From: Candidatus Omnitrophota bacterium
GTDB taxonomy: Bacteria > Omnitrophota > Gorgyraeia > Zapsychrales > Fredricksoniimonadaceae
Direction: 5' to 3'
Length of the DNA stretch: 64,000 nucleotides
Assembly (NCBI GenBank): GCA_028865345.1
Contig: JAGWKL010000002.1
Location: 128,665-192,664 of the forward strand
The notes beneath the pieces are model-generated. The model saw only the letters and a list, made by a program, of their open reading frames with translations, was not told the DNA's origin and made no database searches. Of this stretch, positions 30,496 to 39,491 are shown one piece after another (the first letter of the stretch is position 1; every line of letters starts with the position of its first letter). A program made the position numbers and the translations under genes.

Positions 30496-31416
30496 TCACT
30501 GCCCCAGGGCCTTGGCATTCAAGGCGTTTTGCAACGATATTAATTGTGCATTCATCCACTCTTGAAACGTCAGATCAGGCGGCTGGATTGTTTCTGTAAC
30601 CCCCATAACAGGTATCCCCTCATCCGCTGCCAATTTCTTTATATTTTCAGTTAAAGGCGTAACGGTCTGCGCGTTATAAACTAAAACTTTGACTTGCCCG
30701 CTCTTTAATTGATCTTCGAATTCAATAACACTTCTTGCCGGCGGATCGTTACCCTCTGCGACCGCGTCGATGAATGCCGGCGGCGAAATGCAATCGAGGT
30801 CCGCAGCATCGGCAAGATATACAAATATACTTTCCGTGGAGGCGACCTTGGCTCCTCCAAACTTTTCTTTAATGAAGACGATCCTGTTCTGGTATTGGGC
30901 AAGTGAAGATTGCAGGGCCTTATATTGGCGCTCATAATACCCGGCATCGTTTGGATCGATTGAAATTAAATCTTTTTCCATTTGAGCCGTCACCCGATTG
31001 ACAAAACTTGGGTTATACCACAGATGGGGATTTTCTCCTTCCTTTACCCCAAGAAAATTGGCAACGTTCAAAACCTTGCGGCGAGGATTGCCGCCCGCAT
31101 TCAACAACTTGTCCATCCAGCTGTCATAACCGGCGCCGTTTTCGATCACATAATCAGCAGTTGATACGGACCTGGCGTCACCGGCATTGCTTTCATATTC
31201 GTGGGGATCAGCGTTAGGGTCTGAAACAACGCTGAAAACGCGCACCTTATCACCGCCCAGCTGAGATATAAGACTGCCCCAGAAATTTTCTGCCGCAACA
31301 ATTTGTATGACTTTAGTTGAATTGCCCGTTACCCGGCAATGGCCTGTTAAAGGCCCGCAAAGAACACTAAAAATAAAAACCGAGATGCTTATAAAAATGA
31401 TCCTGGAATTTAACAT
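30496..31416 (-). CDS. znuA: Zn/Mn ABC transporter substrate-binding protein
   Basis: VAAENFWGS, DPHEYE, NGAGYD and NPHLWY. Confidence 0.88.
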   Translation of the reverse strand: MLNSRIIFISISVFIFSVLCGPLTGHCRVTGNSTKVIQIVAAENFWGSLISQLGGDKVRVFSVVSDPNADPHEYESNAGDARSVSTADYVIENGAGYDSWMDKLLNAGGNPRRKVLNVANFLGVKEGENPHLWYNPSFVNRVTAQMEKDLISIDPNDAGYYERQYKALQSSLAQYQNRIVFIKEKFGGAKVASTESIFVYLADAADLDCISPPAFIDAVAEGNDPPARSVIEFEDQLKSGQVKVLVYNAQTVTPLTENIKKLAADEGIPVMGVTETIQPPDLTFQEWMNAQLISLQNALNAKALGQ

Positions 31417-31454
31417 TGTTCACTCAGCATATTTGATTTCTCTTTAAATAAGCG

Positions 31455-31477
31455 TAATTAGAAACTATTTCTATCTA
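31455..31477. promoter_or_regulatory. Putative Zur/Fur-family operator upstream of znuA
   Basis: TAATTAGAAA-CTA-TTTCTATCTA, a 10-3-10 inverted repeat matching the box at 33355-33379. Confidence 0.8.
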
Positions 31478-31502
31478 AAAATTAAAAAATTAAACCCTCC
31501 GG

Positions 31503-32192
31503 CTAAAACAATACCGCGCTATGTTTGTTTTTATAATACACGTATTCCTTCTGGACTTCTGCCGCCTGCGCGCTGTTGCCCATATGTCTGTACGCATCCG
31601 CCAAATCTCCAAGCATGGTCTGCATGCTCGTTAAACTGCGGAACCCTTCCCGGCCGTGACGGTATTTCAAAATGTCCGCTTCCAATACGGCTTGCACGTG
31701 AGGACCGCCCTGTCTTATGCGTTCAAAGCTATCAATGGCCTTTTGATAATCCTTCTTGGCGTAATAGGCCTTGCCCAATTCGTAAGAGGCCGCTCCCCTG
31801 TCTCGAGGATTTAATGCCAGGACTTTCTCAAATGCCGCAATGGCCTTATCAAGCCGGGATGTGTCCATATACGCATATCCTAAGGCCGTCCATGCCTCTA
31901 TATTATCCCTGTCAAGGGCGATGATCTTGTGGCATATACGGATAACATTATGGTATGAAAAACTGCCTTCATAGGATGTCACCCGGACAAGCATTTGTCC
32001 CAGGATAAAAGGCTTTAGTAAAACCAACAAGGCCCCCACCATCAGCACCGACAAGAACCAACGGCGGCCGCGTGTCAAGAATTGATGGTCGTGTTCATGG
32101 CCGTGTTCATGATTATGATCATGAGAATGGTCACAAGCACAGTCCTTGGTGTGTTCATGAGAATGATCCAACGTCTTTTTTGAATTGTCCAT
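31503..32192 (-). CDS. His-rich N-terminus, TM and TPR protein
   Basis: HSHEHTKDCACDHSHDHNHEHGHEHDH, then one TM and TPR repeats. Confidence 0.85.
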   Translation of the reverse strand: MDNSKKTLDHSHEHTKDCACDHSHDHNHEHGHEHDHQFLTRGRRWFLSVLMVGALLVLLKPFILGQMLVRVTSYEGSFSYHNVIRICHKIIALDRDNIEAWTALGYAYMDTSRLDKAIAAFEKVLALNPRDRGAASYELGKAYYAKKDYQKAIDSFERIRQGGPHVQAVLEADILKYRHGREGFRSLTSMQTMLGDLADAYRHMGNSAQAAEVQKEYVYYKNKHSAVLF

Positions 32193-32202
32193 GATACCTG
32201 TT

Positions 32203-32904
32203 TTAAGAAATCGTCACTAAAAAGATCCCTGTGACGATCAAAATATTCCCGACAATAAAACTGATGATCCCTTCCAAAATCTGCGTCTTGGGCATGAATT
32301 TTTTAAACAAGGCGGACGAGAACCCGATCACAATAATAGGAAGGCTCTGGCCCAGGGCAAAGCTGAAAAAAACCACCGCCGCATACAGGAGACTCCCCTT
32401 AATGGCGATGAGGCTCGCAATCAAAAGCAGAACTGCCCCGCAGCAGGGGCAGGCCGGCATTTCCAGAAAGGCATAAACCAATCCGAAGATAAATGCCGAG
32501 GGTATGCTTTTGACACCCTTGACCGCATTTTCACAATGGGTATTGATGCCCCCCTTGCCGAAAGAAACAAGGCCGGAAAAAAACAAGCCTCCTAAGATCA
32601 TCAAAGAGCCTAAAACCAGATAAAGGTATTCGCTGACGGCAACCAGCTTGGAGGCGACGTTGGCGATCGTGCCCAACAGGATGCCGATAAAGGTATAAGA
32701 TATGATCAGGCCGCTGGAAAAAGCAAGGGAAAGAAAAAATCCCCGGTGATGGGAATGGGACTTGGAAGAAACCAAGCCCAACAAGACCGGCAAACGCGCC
32801 AGGGTGCAGGAACTTAAACTGGCGATGGCTCCGGCAAGGGCCGCCACCAGCAAAATTTCTAATAACGACCCTCTCAAGAAGATGCTTTGGATATAGCTAA
32901 CCAT
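32203..32904 (-). CDS. CcdA/DsbD-family transmembrane thiol-redox protein
   Basis: About 6 TMs, SLSSCTL and MPACPCCG Cys motifs, FALGQSLP. Confidence 0.8.
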   Translation of the reverse strand: MVSYIQSIFLRGSLLEILLVAALAGAIASLSSCTLARLPVLLGLVSSKSHSHHRGFFLSLAFSSGLIISYTFIGILLGTIANVASKLVAVSEYLYLVLGSLMILGGLFFSGLVSFGKGGINTHCENAVKGVKSIPSAFIFGLVYAFLEMPACPCCGAVLLLIASLIAIKGSLLYAAVVFFSFALGQSLPIIVIGFSSALFKKFMPKTQILEGIISFIVGNILIVTGIFLVTIS

Positions 32905-32945
32905 GGTTTTTCTTTATTGATACCGGCAAAAGTGTTCGGATAAAC

Positions 32946-33356
32946 CTACTGGCAATCCTTGCAGATACCGTTGATTTGCATCGAGTGGTTTAAAATTTTG
33001 TAACCCTTCACACTCTTAATATCGGGGAAAGAGCACTCCGGAAAAACATCCGCCTTGCCGCACTCCACACAAATAATGTGGTGGTGATGATGGCCGCTGT
33101 GGTCATGGCATAAAGCATAATAACGTTTACGCCCCTGGCGCTCAACCCTGAACAATATCCCTTGCTTGACGAAGATCTCCAGGTTCCGGTAAACGCTCGG
33201 AAACCCGGACTGCTTGAATGTTTTCTTGAGGTGCGTCCAGATGATCTCCGGCGACAAGCACTTGTCTTTTTTATCAAAAAGCTCCAGGATCGCCCGGCGT
33301 TTGGGGGTGATCTTAAAATGACCCTTCCTTAATTTTTGAATACACTCGACATTCAT
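32946..33356 (-). CDS. zur: Fur family regulator, probably Zur
   Basis: KITPKRRAIL, SVYRNL, HHHHHIICVECG and C-terminal CKDC; heads the ZnuABC cluster. Confidence 0.85.
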   Translation of the reverse strand: MNVECIQKLRKGHFKITPKRRAILELFDKKDKCLSPEIIWTHLKKTFKQSGFPSVYRNLEIFVKQGILFRVERQGRKRYYALCHDHSGHHHHHIICVECGKADVFPECSFPDIKSVKGYKILNHSMQINGICKDCQ

Positions 33357-33405
33357 AAATAGAAATAATTTCTATTTATAATACTGCCTTTTGCAGCCGT
33401 GTCAA
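33355..33405 (-). promoter_or_regulatory. Sigma70-like promoter with autoregulatory operator
   Basis: TTGACA (33405-33400), 16-nt spacer, TATTAT (33383-33378); perfect IR ATAAATAGAAA-TAA-TTTCTATTTAT (33355-33379) overlaps the -10 and the start codon. Confidence 0.85.
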
Positions 33406-33411
33406 GAGGCA

Positions 33412-35892
33412 TTAATGATTGAAGGGAACCTTCCAAATGTCCTTGGCGTATTCACGGATGGTACGGTCAGACGAAAAAAAACCGGAATGGGCCACATTGA
33501 TGATGGACTTCTTCACCCATTCCTCCTGATCCATATAGGACTTGGAAACCACGTCCTGCATTTGGCAATAAGAATCAAAGTCCGCGCACACCAAATAAGG
33601 ATCGTACCCCGTCAATGAGTCAATGATGGGGGCAAAAAGATTGGCGTCATGGGGGCTGAAAAAGCCGCTGCGGATGAGCTTGAAAATTTCCTGGAGCATC
33701 GGGCTTTTGTCAATGAAGCCCGAGGGATGATACCCATGGGCTTTAAGATTTTGGACCTCATCGCTCTTCAGGCCGAAAATAAAGATGCTCTCCTCCCCCA
33801 CCATTTTAGCTATCTCGATATTGGCCCCATCGAGAGTGCCGATGGTAAGAGCCCCGTTCATCATGAATTTCATGTTGCCGGTGCCCGAGGCCTCGGTGCC
33901 GGCCGTGGAGATCTGTTCGGAAAGATCGCTGGCGGGAAAAACCTTTTCCGCCAGGGACACCCGGTAATTTTCCAGAAATACCAGCTTGATCTTGTCCTTC
34001 ACGCTTTTGTCATGGTTGATGATCTCTGCGATGCTGTTGATGAATTTGATCGTCAATTTGGCCATATAATACGCCGGCGCCGCCTTCCCCCCCACCATAA
34101 AAGTACGCGGATAAATAAACTCTTTGGGGCTATGTTTGAGCCGCAGGTACTGGGCAATGATATAAAAAGCAAAAAGCATCTGGCGTTTGTATTCATGGAT
34201 ACGTTTGATCTGGACGTCGAATATAGATTCCGGATCAAGGCTCAAATCCATGCTGGATTTTATATAACGCGCCAGCGCCTGTTTGTTCTGTCTTTTAATG
34301 TCCGTCCATTTTTCACGGAACGCTTTGTTGTTCTTGAAACTATCGATCTTTTCCAGCCTGTTCAAGTCCATGATCCAGCCGTCGCCCACCTTGTCTATAA
34401 GCAGGTCGGCCAGGCGCGGATTGGCTTTCAGGAGCCACCGGCGCTGGGTGATCCCGTTGGTTTTGTTGTTGAACTTGCCGGGATAGAACTCGTAAAAATC
34501 CTTGAATAAATTCGCCTTAAGAAGGTCCGAGTGCAACTGAGAGACCCCGTTGACGGAAAAACTCCCCACGATGGCCAGATAAGCCATGCGGATCCTTTTA
34601 GTGTCCCCTTCCTCGATCAGCGACATGCGGCGCAGGCGGTCCGTGTCTCCGGGATAACGCAATGCCACCTCTTTAAGGAAATGGGCGTTGATCTCATAGA
34701 TGATCTGCATGTGCCGGGGCAAAAGCCTCTCGAAGAGTTCGACGCTCCAGCATTCCAGGGCTTCGGGCATCAGGGTATGGTTGGTATAGGCAAAGACCCT
34801 GGTGGTGATGTCCCATGCCGCTTCAAAACCAAAATCGTATTCATCGATCAAAAGCCGCATCAGTTCGGCGATCGCCAGAGTGGGATGAGTATCATTCAAC
34901 TGGATGACCACCTTTTTGGGCAGGTCCCTGAGGTCCGGATTCTCCGCCTTGCAGCGCCTGATGATGTCGGCAATGGATGCCGCTGTAAAAAAATATTCCT
35001 GCTTGAGCCTCAGTTCCTTGCCCTGGCTGCTGGCATCGGAAGGATAAAGGACCTTGGAAATATTTTCAGAGAGGATTTTCTTATATACGGCATGCTCATA
35101 GTCTCCGGATTTAAAATAATCGAAATCAAACTCCTCGGTCCCCCGCGCCGACCAAAGGCGCAGGGTATTGACCACGTCGTTTCTATAGCCCACGACGGGC
35201 AGGTCGTAAGGGACAGCCAGGACATCCTGCGTATTGATCCATTTTTGTTTAGGATTGCCCTTGTTATCGTGTTCCGTCACGCTGTTGCCATAATAACAGA
35301 CTTTGACCGTATATTCCGGACGGGCGAATTCCCAGGGATTTCCGGCGCGCAGCCATTCATCCGGAAGCTCCATCTGAAAACCGTTCTTGACCTTTTGATT
35401 GAATATCCCGTATTCATAACGGATCCCGTAGCCGTGCGCCGGTATGCCCAGGCTTGCCATCGAATCCAAAAAACACGCGGCCAGACGTCCCAGGCCGCCA
35501 TTGCCTAAGCCGGCGTCGATTTCCTGGCCCCTGACCTCTTCCAGATCCAACCCCAACTCATCCATGGCTTCGGCGACCTGCTTCTCTATGCCTAAGCTGT
35601 ACATATTATTACCCATCAGGCGGCCTATCAAAAATTCCATGGATAAATAGTAGACCCGGCGGGCGTTCTTTTTATGATAGCTCTGCTGGGTCTTGATCCA
35701 CCGCTCCACAATGCGTTCCCTTACAGCCAGGGAAAGGGCCAGAAAATTATCGTGCATCGTGGCGGTATATTGGTCTTTGGAAAGGGTGTATTCACGGTTC
35801 ATCTGAAAGGACAGCTTTATAGCATCCTTGGTCATTTCCTTACCGGAAACAAACCACTCAGCTTCTTTTTTAATACCGGTCTCTTGAGCCAT
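33412..35892 (-). CDS. glgP: Glycogen/starch phosphorylase
   Basis: GLGNGGLGRLAACF, LRLKQEYF, QLNDTHP, KRIHEYKRQ and the PLP site EASGTGNMKF. Confidence 0.97.
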   Translation of the reverse strand: MAQETGIKKEAEWFVSGKEMTKDAIKLSFQMNREYTLSKDQYTATMHDNFLALSLAVRERIVERWIKTQQSYHKKNARRVYYLSMEFLIGRLMGNNMYSLGIEKQVAEAMDELGLDLEEVRGQEIDAGLGNGGLGRLAACFLDSMASLGIPAHGYGIRYEYGIFNQKVKNGFQMELPDEWLRAGNPWEFARPEYTVKVCYYGNSVTEHDNKGNPKQKWINTQDVLAVPYDLPVVGYRNDVVNTLRLWSARGTEEFDFDYFKSGDYEHAVYKKILSENISKVLYPSDASSQGKELRLKQEYFFTAASIADIIRRCKAENPDLRDLPKKVVIQLNDTHPTLAIAELMRLLIDEYDFGFEAAWDITTRVFAYTNHTLMPEALECWSVELFERLLPRHMQIIYEINAHFLKEVALRYPGDTDRLRRMSLIEEGDTKRIRMAYLAIVGSFSVNGVSQLHSDLLKANLFKDFYEFYPGKFNNKTNGITQRRWLLKANPRLADLLIDKVGDGWIMDLNRLEKIDSFKNNKAFREKWTDIKRQNKQALARYIKSSMDLSLDPESIFDVQIKRIHEYKRQMLFAFYIIAQYLRLKHSPKEFIYPRTFMVGGKAAPAYYMAKLTIKFINSIAEIINHDKSVKDKIKLVFLENYRVSLAEKVFPASDLSEQISTAGTEASGTGNMKFMMNGALTIGTLDGANIEIAKMVGEESIFIFGLKSDEVQNLKAHGYHPSGFIDKSPMLQEIFKLIRSGFFSPHDANLFAPIIDSLTGYDPYLVCADFDSYCQMQDVVSKSYMDQEEWVKKSIINVAHSGFFSSDRTIREYAKDIWKVPFNH

Positions 35893-36079
35893 ATTAACTC
35901 CTTTCGCCCTTCCTCATCCCCGCTGCCACCGAAGGAAGATTAGCTATTGACATATACGCTGCGGGTGGACCACGCGGACGCTATCTTTTTAAATGTTTAT
36001 ATAATTTCTTAATTATAGGACAAGCCGCCGTTACTTACAAGAAAATCCGAAGGGTCTTTACTGGCAGGAACTTAAGGAA

Positions 36080-36454
36080 TCATTTCTGGTGCGTATACAC
36101 AATCAATTGCCCTGTGAATCTCAACAATGCATCGCCGTAATAATAGTAACGGTAAGACATGGTCTTGGCATTGATAATGGCATCAGCCCCTTTATGCCTG
36201 GCGATTTTCTGCGCCTGACTGGTTAGCATCGCGGGAGTTACCCCATCACTGGCAAGGCCCTCAACGGAAACCTTACCGATCACATAATAAGGACGGACGG
36301 TTCCCATGGTTTGAGATGCCGGGTAAACATCAACGGTGTAATATTTGTCCTTGGGAGCAAACTGCTGATATGTATAACTGACATAACTCGAACTGGTAGC
36401 GCACCCTGCCAAAACCAAGAAAGCCAAGCCTAAGATTAATAATTTCGTTTTCAT
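36080..36454 (-). CDS. Lipoprotein (YbjQ/RcsF-like fold); paralog of 57826-58266
   Basis: Lipobox LAGC, YVIGKV and ARHKGADAII. Confidence 0.8.
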   Translation of the reverse strand: MKTKLLILGLAFLVLAGCATSSSYVSYTYQQFAPKDKYYTVDVYPASQTMGTVRPYYVIGKVSVEGLASDGVTPAMLTSQAQKIARHKGADAIINAKTMSYRYYYYGDALLRFTGQLIVYTHQK

Positions 36455-36460
36455 AAGGGG

Positions 36461-36994
36461 TTATTTCCCGTACATTGTTTCAAGCTGGGACACTTTAGGG
36501 AACCGGGCATAAAATTCACCCTGAGGCCCTACAAAGCCGCTGCCTGACTTTTTGAGAACGACCGGCGTATATCCCCCCTTGCCGTTGGGAACATTGACGG
36601 TGATTGTATTATCCGAAGCCTGCGGCGCCTCTGCAGCTTGAGCAGGCGCACCGGCAGGTGTTGCCACGACCTGGTAACCATACGGGCCATACGTATAATA
36701 CACGCCGTTATTGACATAATATGTAACTCCGTTGATGACAACCGGTTGAAAGGCCGGAGATTCAACCGCATAGGCAGCAGGATAGCTAGCAACAGGATAG
36801 TAATAAGGAGCATAATAGGGGCCATAATAAGGATAATCGTCATAATCGTAGCCGTAATAATAAGGAGAGGACCAGCCATAACTAAAAGAAACATAGGAGT
36901 GCCTATGCCAATATGCATCAGAAGTTGTTGGCTTGACGATACATAAGCCAAAGAAGAACATGAAGACAAGCAAAATTTTCAATGTCATTTTCAT
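36461..36994 (-). CDS. Secreted Tyr/Pro-rich protein with conserved C-terminal domain
   Basis: Signal peptide, Y/P-rich tract, VINGVTYYVNNGVYY; C-terminal domain shared with 43959-44405. Confidence 0.75.
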   Translation of the reverse strand: MKMTLKILLVFMFFFGLCIVKPTTSDAYWHRHSYVSFSYGWSSPYYYGYDYDDYPYYGPYYAPYYYPVASYPAAYAVESPAFQPVVINGVTYYVNNGVYYTYGPYGYQVVATPAGAPAQAAEAPQASDNTITVNVPNGKGGYTPVVLKKSGSGFVGPQGEFYARFPKVSQLETMYGK

Positions 36995-37129
36995 AACCGC
37001 CTCCAGCGAAAGAGCCCCCAAACTACATAGACGTGATTTTAATACTACCACAATAAATCGTCAAGTTTTTGTCCCCAACCGCTTCTTAGACAGCAAAAAT
37101 GATCAAAAAGTTCCATTTGAAAAGGCTTT

Positions 37130-37774
37130 TCATTCAGCTTTCCTTAAAATCAATTTTCGGCTCGCCAGGTCCAAGGTAAAATGAAATTTGCTTAAGAATG
37201 ACATGCCTAACAGGCCATCCCTGATTTCCTTATTATCTTCAAGTAAAACGACAGCAGGAACATCCCGGGCCTGCATGTCCCCCAACTTCACGCTGTCCAA
37301 CGACACTGCCGCGGCCTTATATTTGCCGTTAAGTACTTCCACATACCCTATTTGAGACCGGCTCAGATCAAGGCCCAGTTGGCGGGCAAACGGCCGGCTC
37401 AATAAAATCACCGGAGAACCCGTATCCACAACCAGGGAAGCATGGATTTTACCGTTAATGAATGCCTCCGCCGCCAGATGCCCCTGGGCATCGGGACTAA
37501 GGGGAATTACAATTCCCTCGATGTCACGGCGCTTCTGTTCCTCCTCCATGTTGGTATCATCGCTCAACTGTTCCTTGGCCTCCAGGATCTTTGAAAAAAC
37601 ACCCGAAGCTTCAGCCTGGGCCAGCGCCTGGCGGTCTGACTTGATGATATCACTTTCTTCATTGGCCATGGACCTGGAACACAAAAACAGACCAACCACT
37701 AGCAGCAAAACCCCTCCCCGCAACAACTGGGCATTACGAAACCGAAGCAAGCCCCGCTCAGGCCTATCGCCCAT
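37130..37774 (-). CDS. Retropepsin-like (clan AA) aspartyl protease, membrane-anchored or secreted
   Basis: Catalytic VVDTGS and GLLGMSFL; start overlaps the vWA gene stop. Confidence 0.88.
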   Translation of the reverse strand: MGDRPERGLLRFRNAQLLRGGVLLLVVGLFLCSRSMANEESDIIKSDRQALAQAEASGVFSKILEAKEQLSDDTNMEEEQKRRDIEGIVIPLSPDAQGHLAAEAFINGKIHASLVVDTGSPVILLSRPFARQLGLDLSRSQIGYVEVLNGKYKAAAVSLDSVKLGDMQARDVPAVVLLEDNKEIRDGLLGMSFLSKFHFTLDLASRKLILRKAE

Positions 37775-39491
37775 GACTTTTGCCTTTCTGGCTTTCTTTA
37801 AACGCAACTTTGGGGGCCGCTAAAGGATGCGAAGGTTCATTCTCGCTGAAAGAATAGGGAGTGATGATATGGAACTGCCCGCAGATTTTATGAATGGCAT
37901 CAATCAAGGCCCCATTGTCCTGATCGTATTTCAATTCACTGATCAAATAGTACACCTTATGGAACGCCCAGTCCCGTGCGATATCTTTACCGCCCAACGG
38001 CGCATTCTTAAGGGAGCCGCTGACAATGAACTCTTTATTATCATCGGCCGTGTCTCCCCTGATTTGAACGGCAAACTGATCTTCATTAGTGTATTTGCCG
38101 TAAATTACGAATTGCGACCCTTTAAAAAAATCCGGCATGGTCCGGGGAAAAATTTCCCGTTCATTCAGACCGCTGACATAATAGCGCACGTTCAACAAAA
38201 GCGGGTCTTTGATCTCGTCGTACAATCCGGCCAGATCCCGGCCCATAAAATACTGCCGGCCCACAACCGTTGACCAACCCCGGTTTTTAAAAGCAATAAA
38301 ATCCAGCATATAAGGATCCACGGCTGCGCCGCCGCCAAAAGTAAAAATACTGACCTTGTTATGATTGATACGGGAAATCTCGTTTATGACATGCCGGTCA
38401 TTCACAAGACCGGCAGTAGGAATGCCGTCGCTGATCAAAACCCTGTAGGACGGCACAAAAGGATGCGGCAACGTGACGCTTGTGCGCAGGGCGTCATAAA
38501 TGTCGGTCGTGGACCATGATTGCAGGCTGTGAAGAAAATCAACAGCCTTCCTGATATTGCCGGCGTCAACTTTAAGGGAAACAGGACTAAACGGTATGGA
38601 TCTATTGTTAAAAGCAAGGATATTAAAACGGTCATCGGGATTAAGGTGATGCAAGCTGTAGGCGATCCCCTCTTCCACCTGGGTCAAACGCGGCATTCCG
38701 ATGCTGCCTGAGGCGTCCACCAGGAAAATGATCTCCTTGGGGATGACGGGAAAATTAATGGTGGCATCCTTGACCTTTACAACGAGCTTGAAATATTTTT
38801 GCCCTGAAGGGGACTGGTACCTGAAGAGCTGATAAGTCAGTGCCGTACCCAAATCGGTGAGCCTGGATTTAGGCGCCTGGCCCGTGGGGCTTCTTTTCAT
38901 CATCTGGAATTCATTGTGCATATTGGCGGATCTACGGGACGTGACCAGGGCCGCCTTGGCCGGAAAAGAGCTCTTATCAAGAAAATTCCTGGAGATGTCC
39001 TCACCGGCAATAAGCACCGGCGAACCGGAGGCAAAGTTCTCCGTCGGCACTTCACCCAATTCAACCAGGTTCTCCCTCAGCGAACGGCGTACCCGTCTGG
39101 TGGTGACGATATCATTGAAATCCGATTTTCTTAAGGTCTGCGCTTGCTTGACCGATGAAGGGATGAGCGCCTGCTTTCCTTTCTGAATGGATGTCTCAAT
39201 ATTGTTCTTCACCGTTTCTTCGGATTCTATGGCCGGCTTGCTGATCAGATTTTCCAGAAAAGGATTGTCGGGTTTAGGTGATTTGCGCAAAGTCTCGGTG
39301 GCGAATTTGACCTTCGGGGTGCCCATCTGTTCTTCTTTGGCGATCGTGACATGAAAAAACATTTCCGGTTTTTCGGGGAACTCAACAGCAGGCAGCATTT
39401 TGGCAAAATAACTCCATATTAAAAACCCCGCGTGGAGGGAAAGGGAAATCCCAAGAGCGATCAATATCCTTCGCTGGACAATAACACTCAT
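37764..39491 (-). CDS. TonB-like anchor with C-terminal vWA domain
   Basis: N-terminal TM with SLSLH (SxxxH), K/P/E-rich linker, MIDAS DASGS..T..ISDG and an ITIH-like tail (PDFFKGSQFVIYGKY). Confidence 0.8.
   Translation of the reverse strand: MSVIVQRRILIALGISLSLHAGFLIWSYFAKMLPAVEFPEKPEMFFHVTIAKEEQMGTPKVKFATETLRKSPKPDNPFLENLISKPAIESEETVKNNIETSIQKGKQALIPSSVKQAQTLRKSDFNDIVTTRRVRRSLRENLVELGEVPTENFASGSPVLIAGEDISRNFLDKSSFPAKAALVTSRRSANMHNEFQMMKRSPTGQAPKSRLTDLGTALTYQLFRYQSPSGQKYFKLVVKVKDATINFPVIPKEIIFLVDASGSIGMPRLTQVEEGIAYSLHHLNPDDRFNILAFNNRSIPFSPVSLKVDAGNIRKAVDFLHSLQSWSTTDIYDALRTSVTLPHPFVPSYRVLISDGIPTAGLVNDRHVINEISRINHNKVSIFTFGGGAAVDPYMLDFIAFKNRGWSTVVGRQYFMGRDLAGLYDEIKDPLLLNVRYYVSGLNEREIFPRTMPDFFKGSQFVIYGKYTNEDQFAVQIRGDTADDNKEFIVSGSLKNAPLGGKDIARDWAFHKVYYLISELKYDQDNGALIDAIHKICGQFHIITPYSFSENEPSHPLAAPKVAFKESQKGKSHGR

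Noticed and set aside
28831-31416. znuACB looks more AT-rich, suggesting horizontal acquisition
   Set aside because: This is an impression only; it was not computed, and no mobility genes or flanking direct repeats are seen.
33649-35508. Long plus-strand ORFs (286 and 325 aa) opposite glgP; similar ones opposite moxR, batA and nifJ
   Set aside because: These are antisense shadow ORFs of well-conserved genes, with no recognisable motifs.
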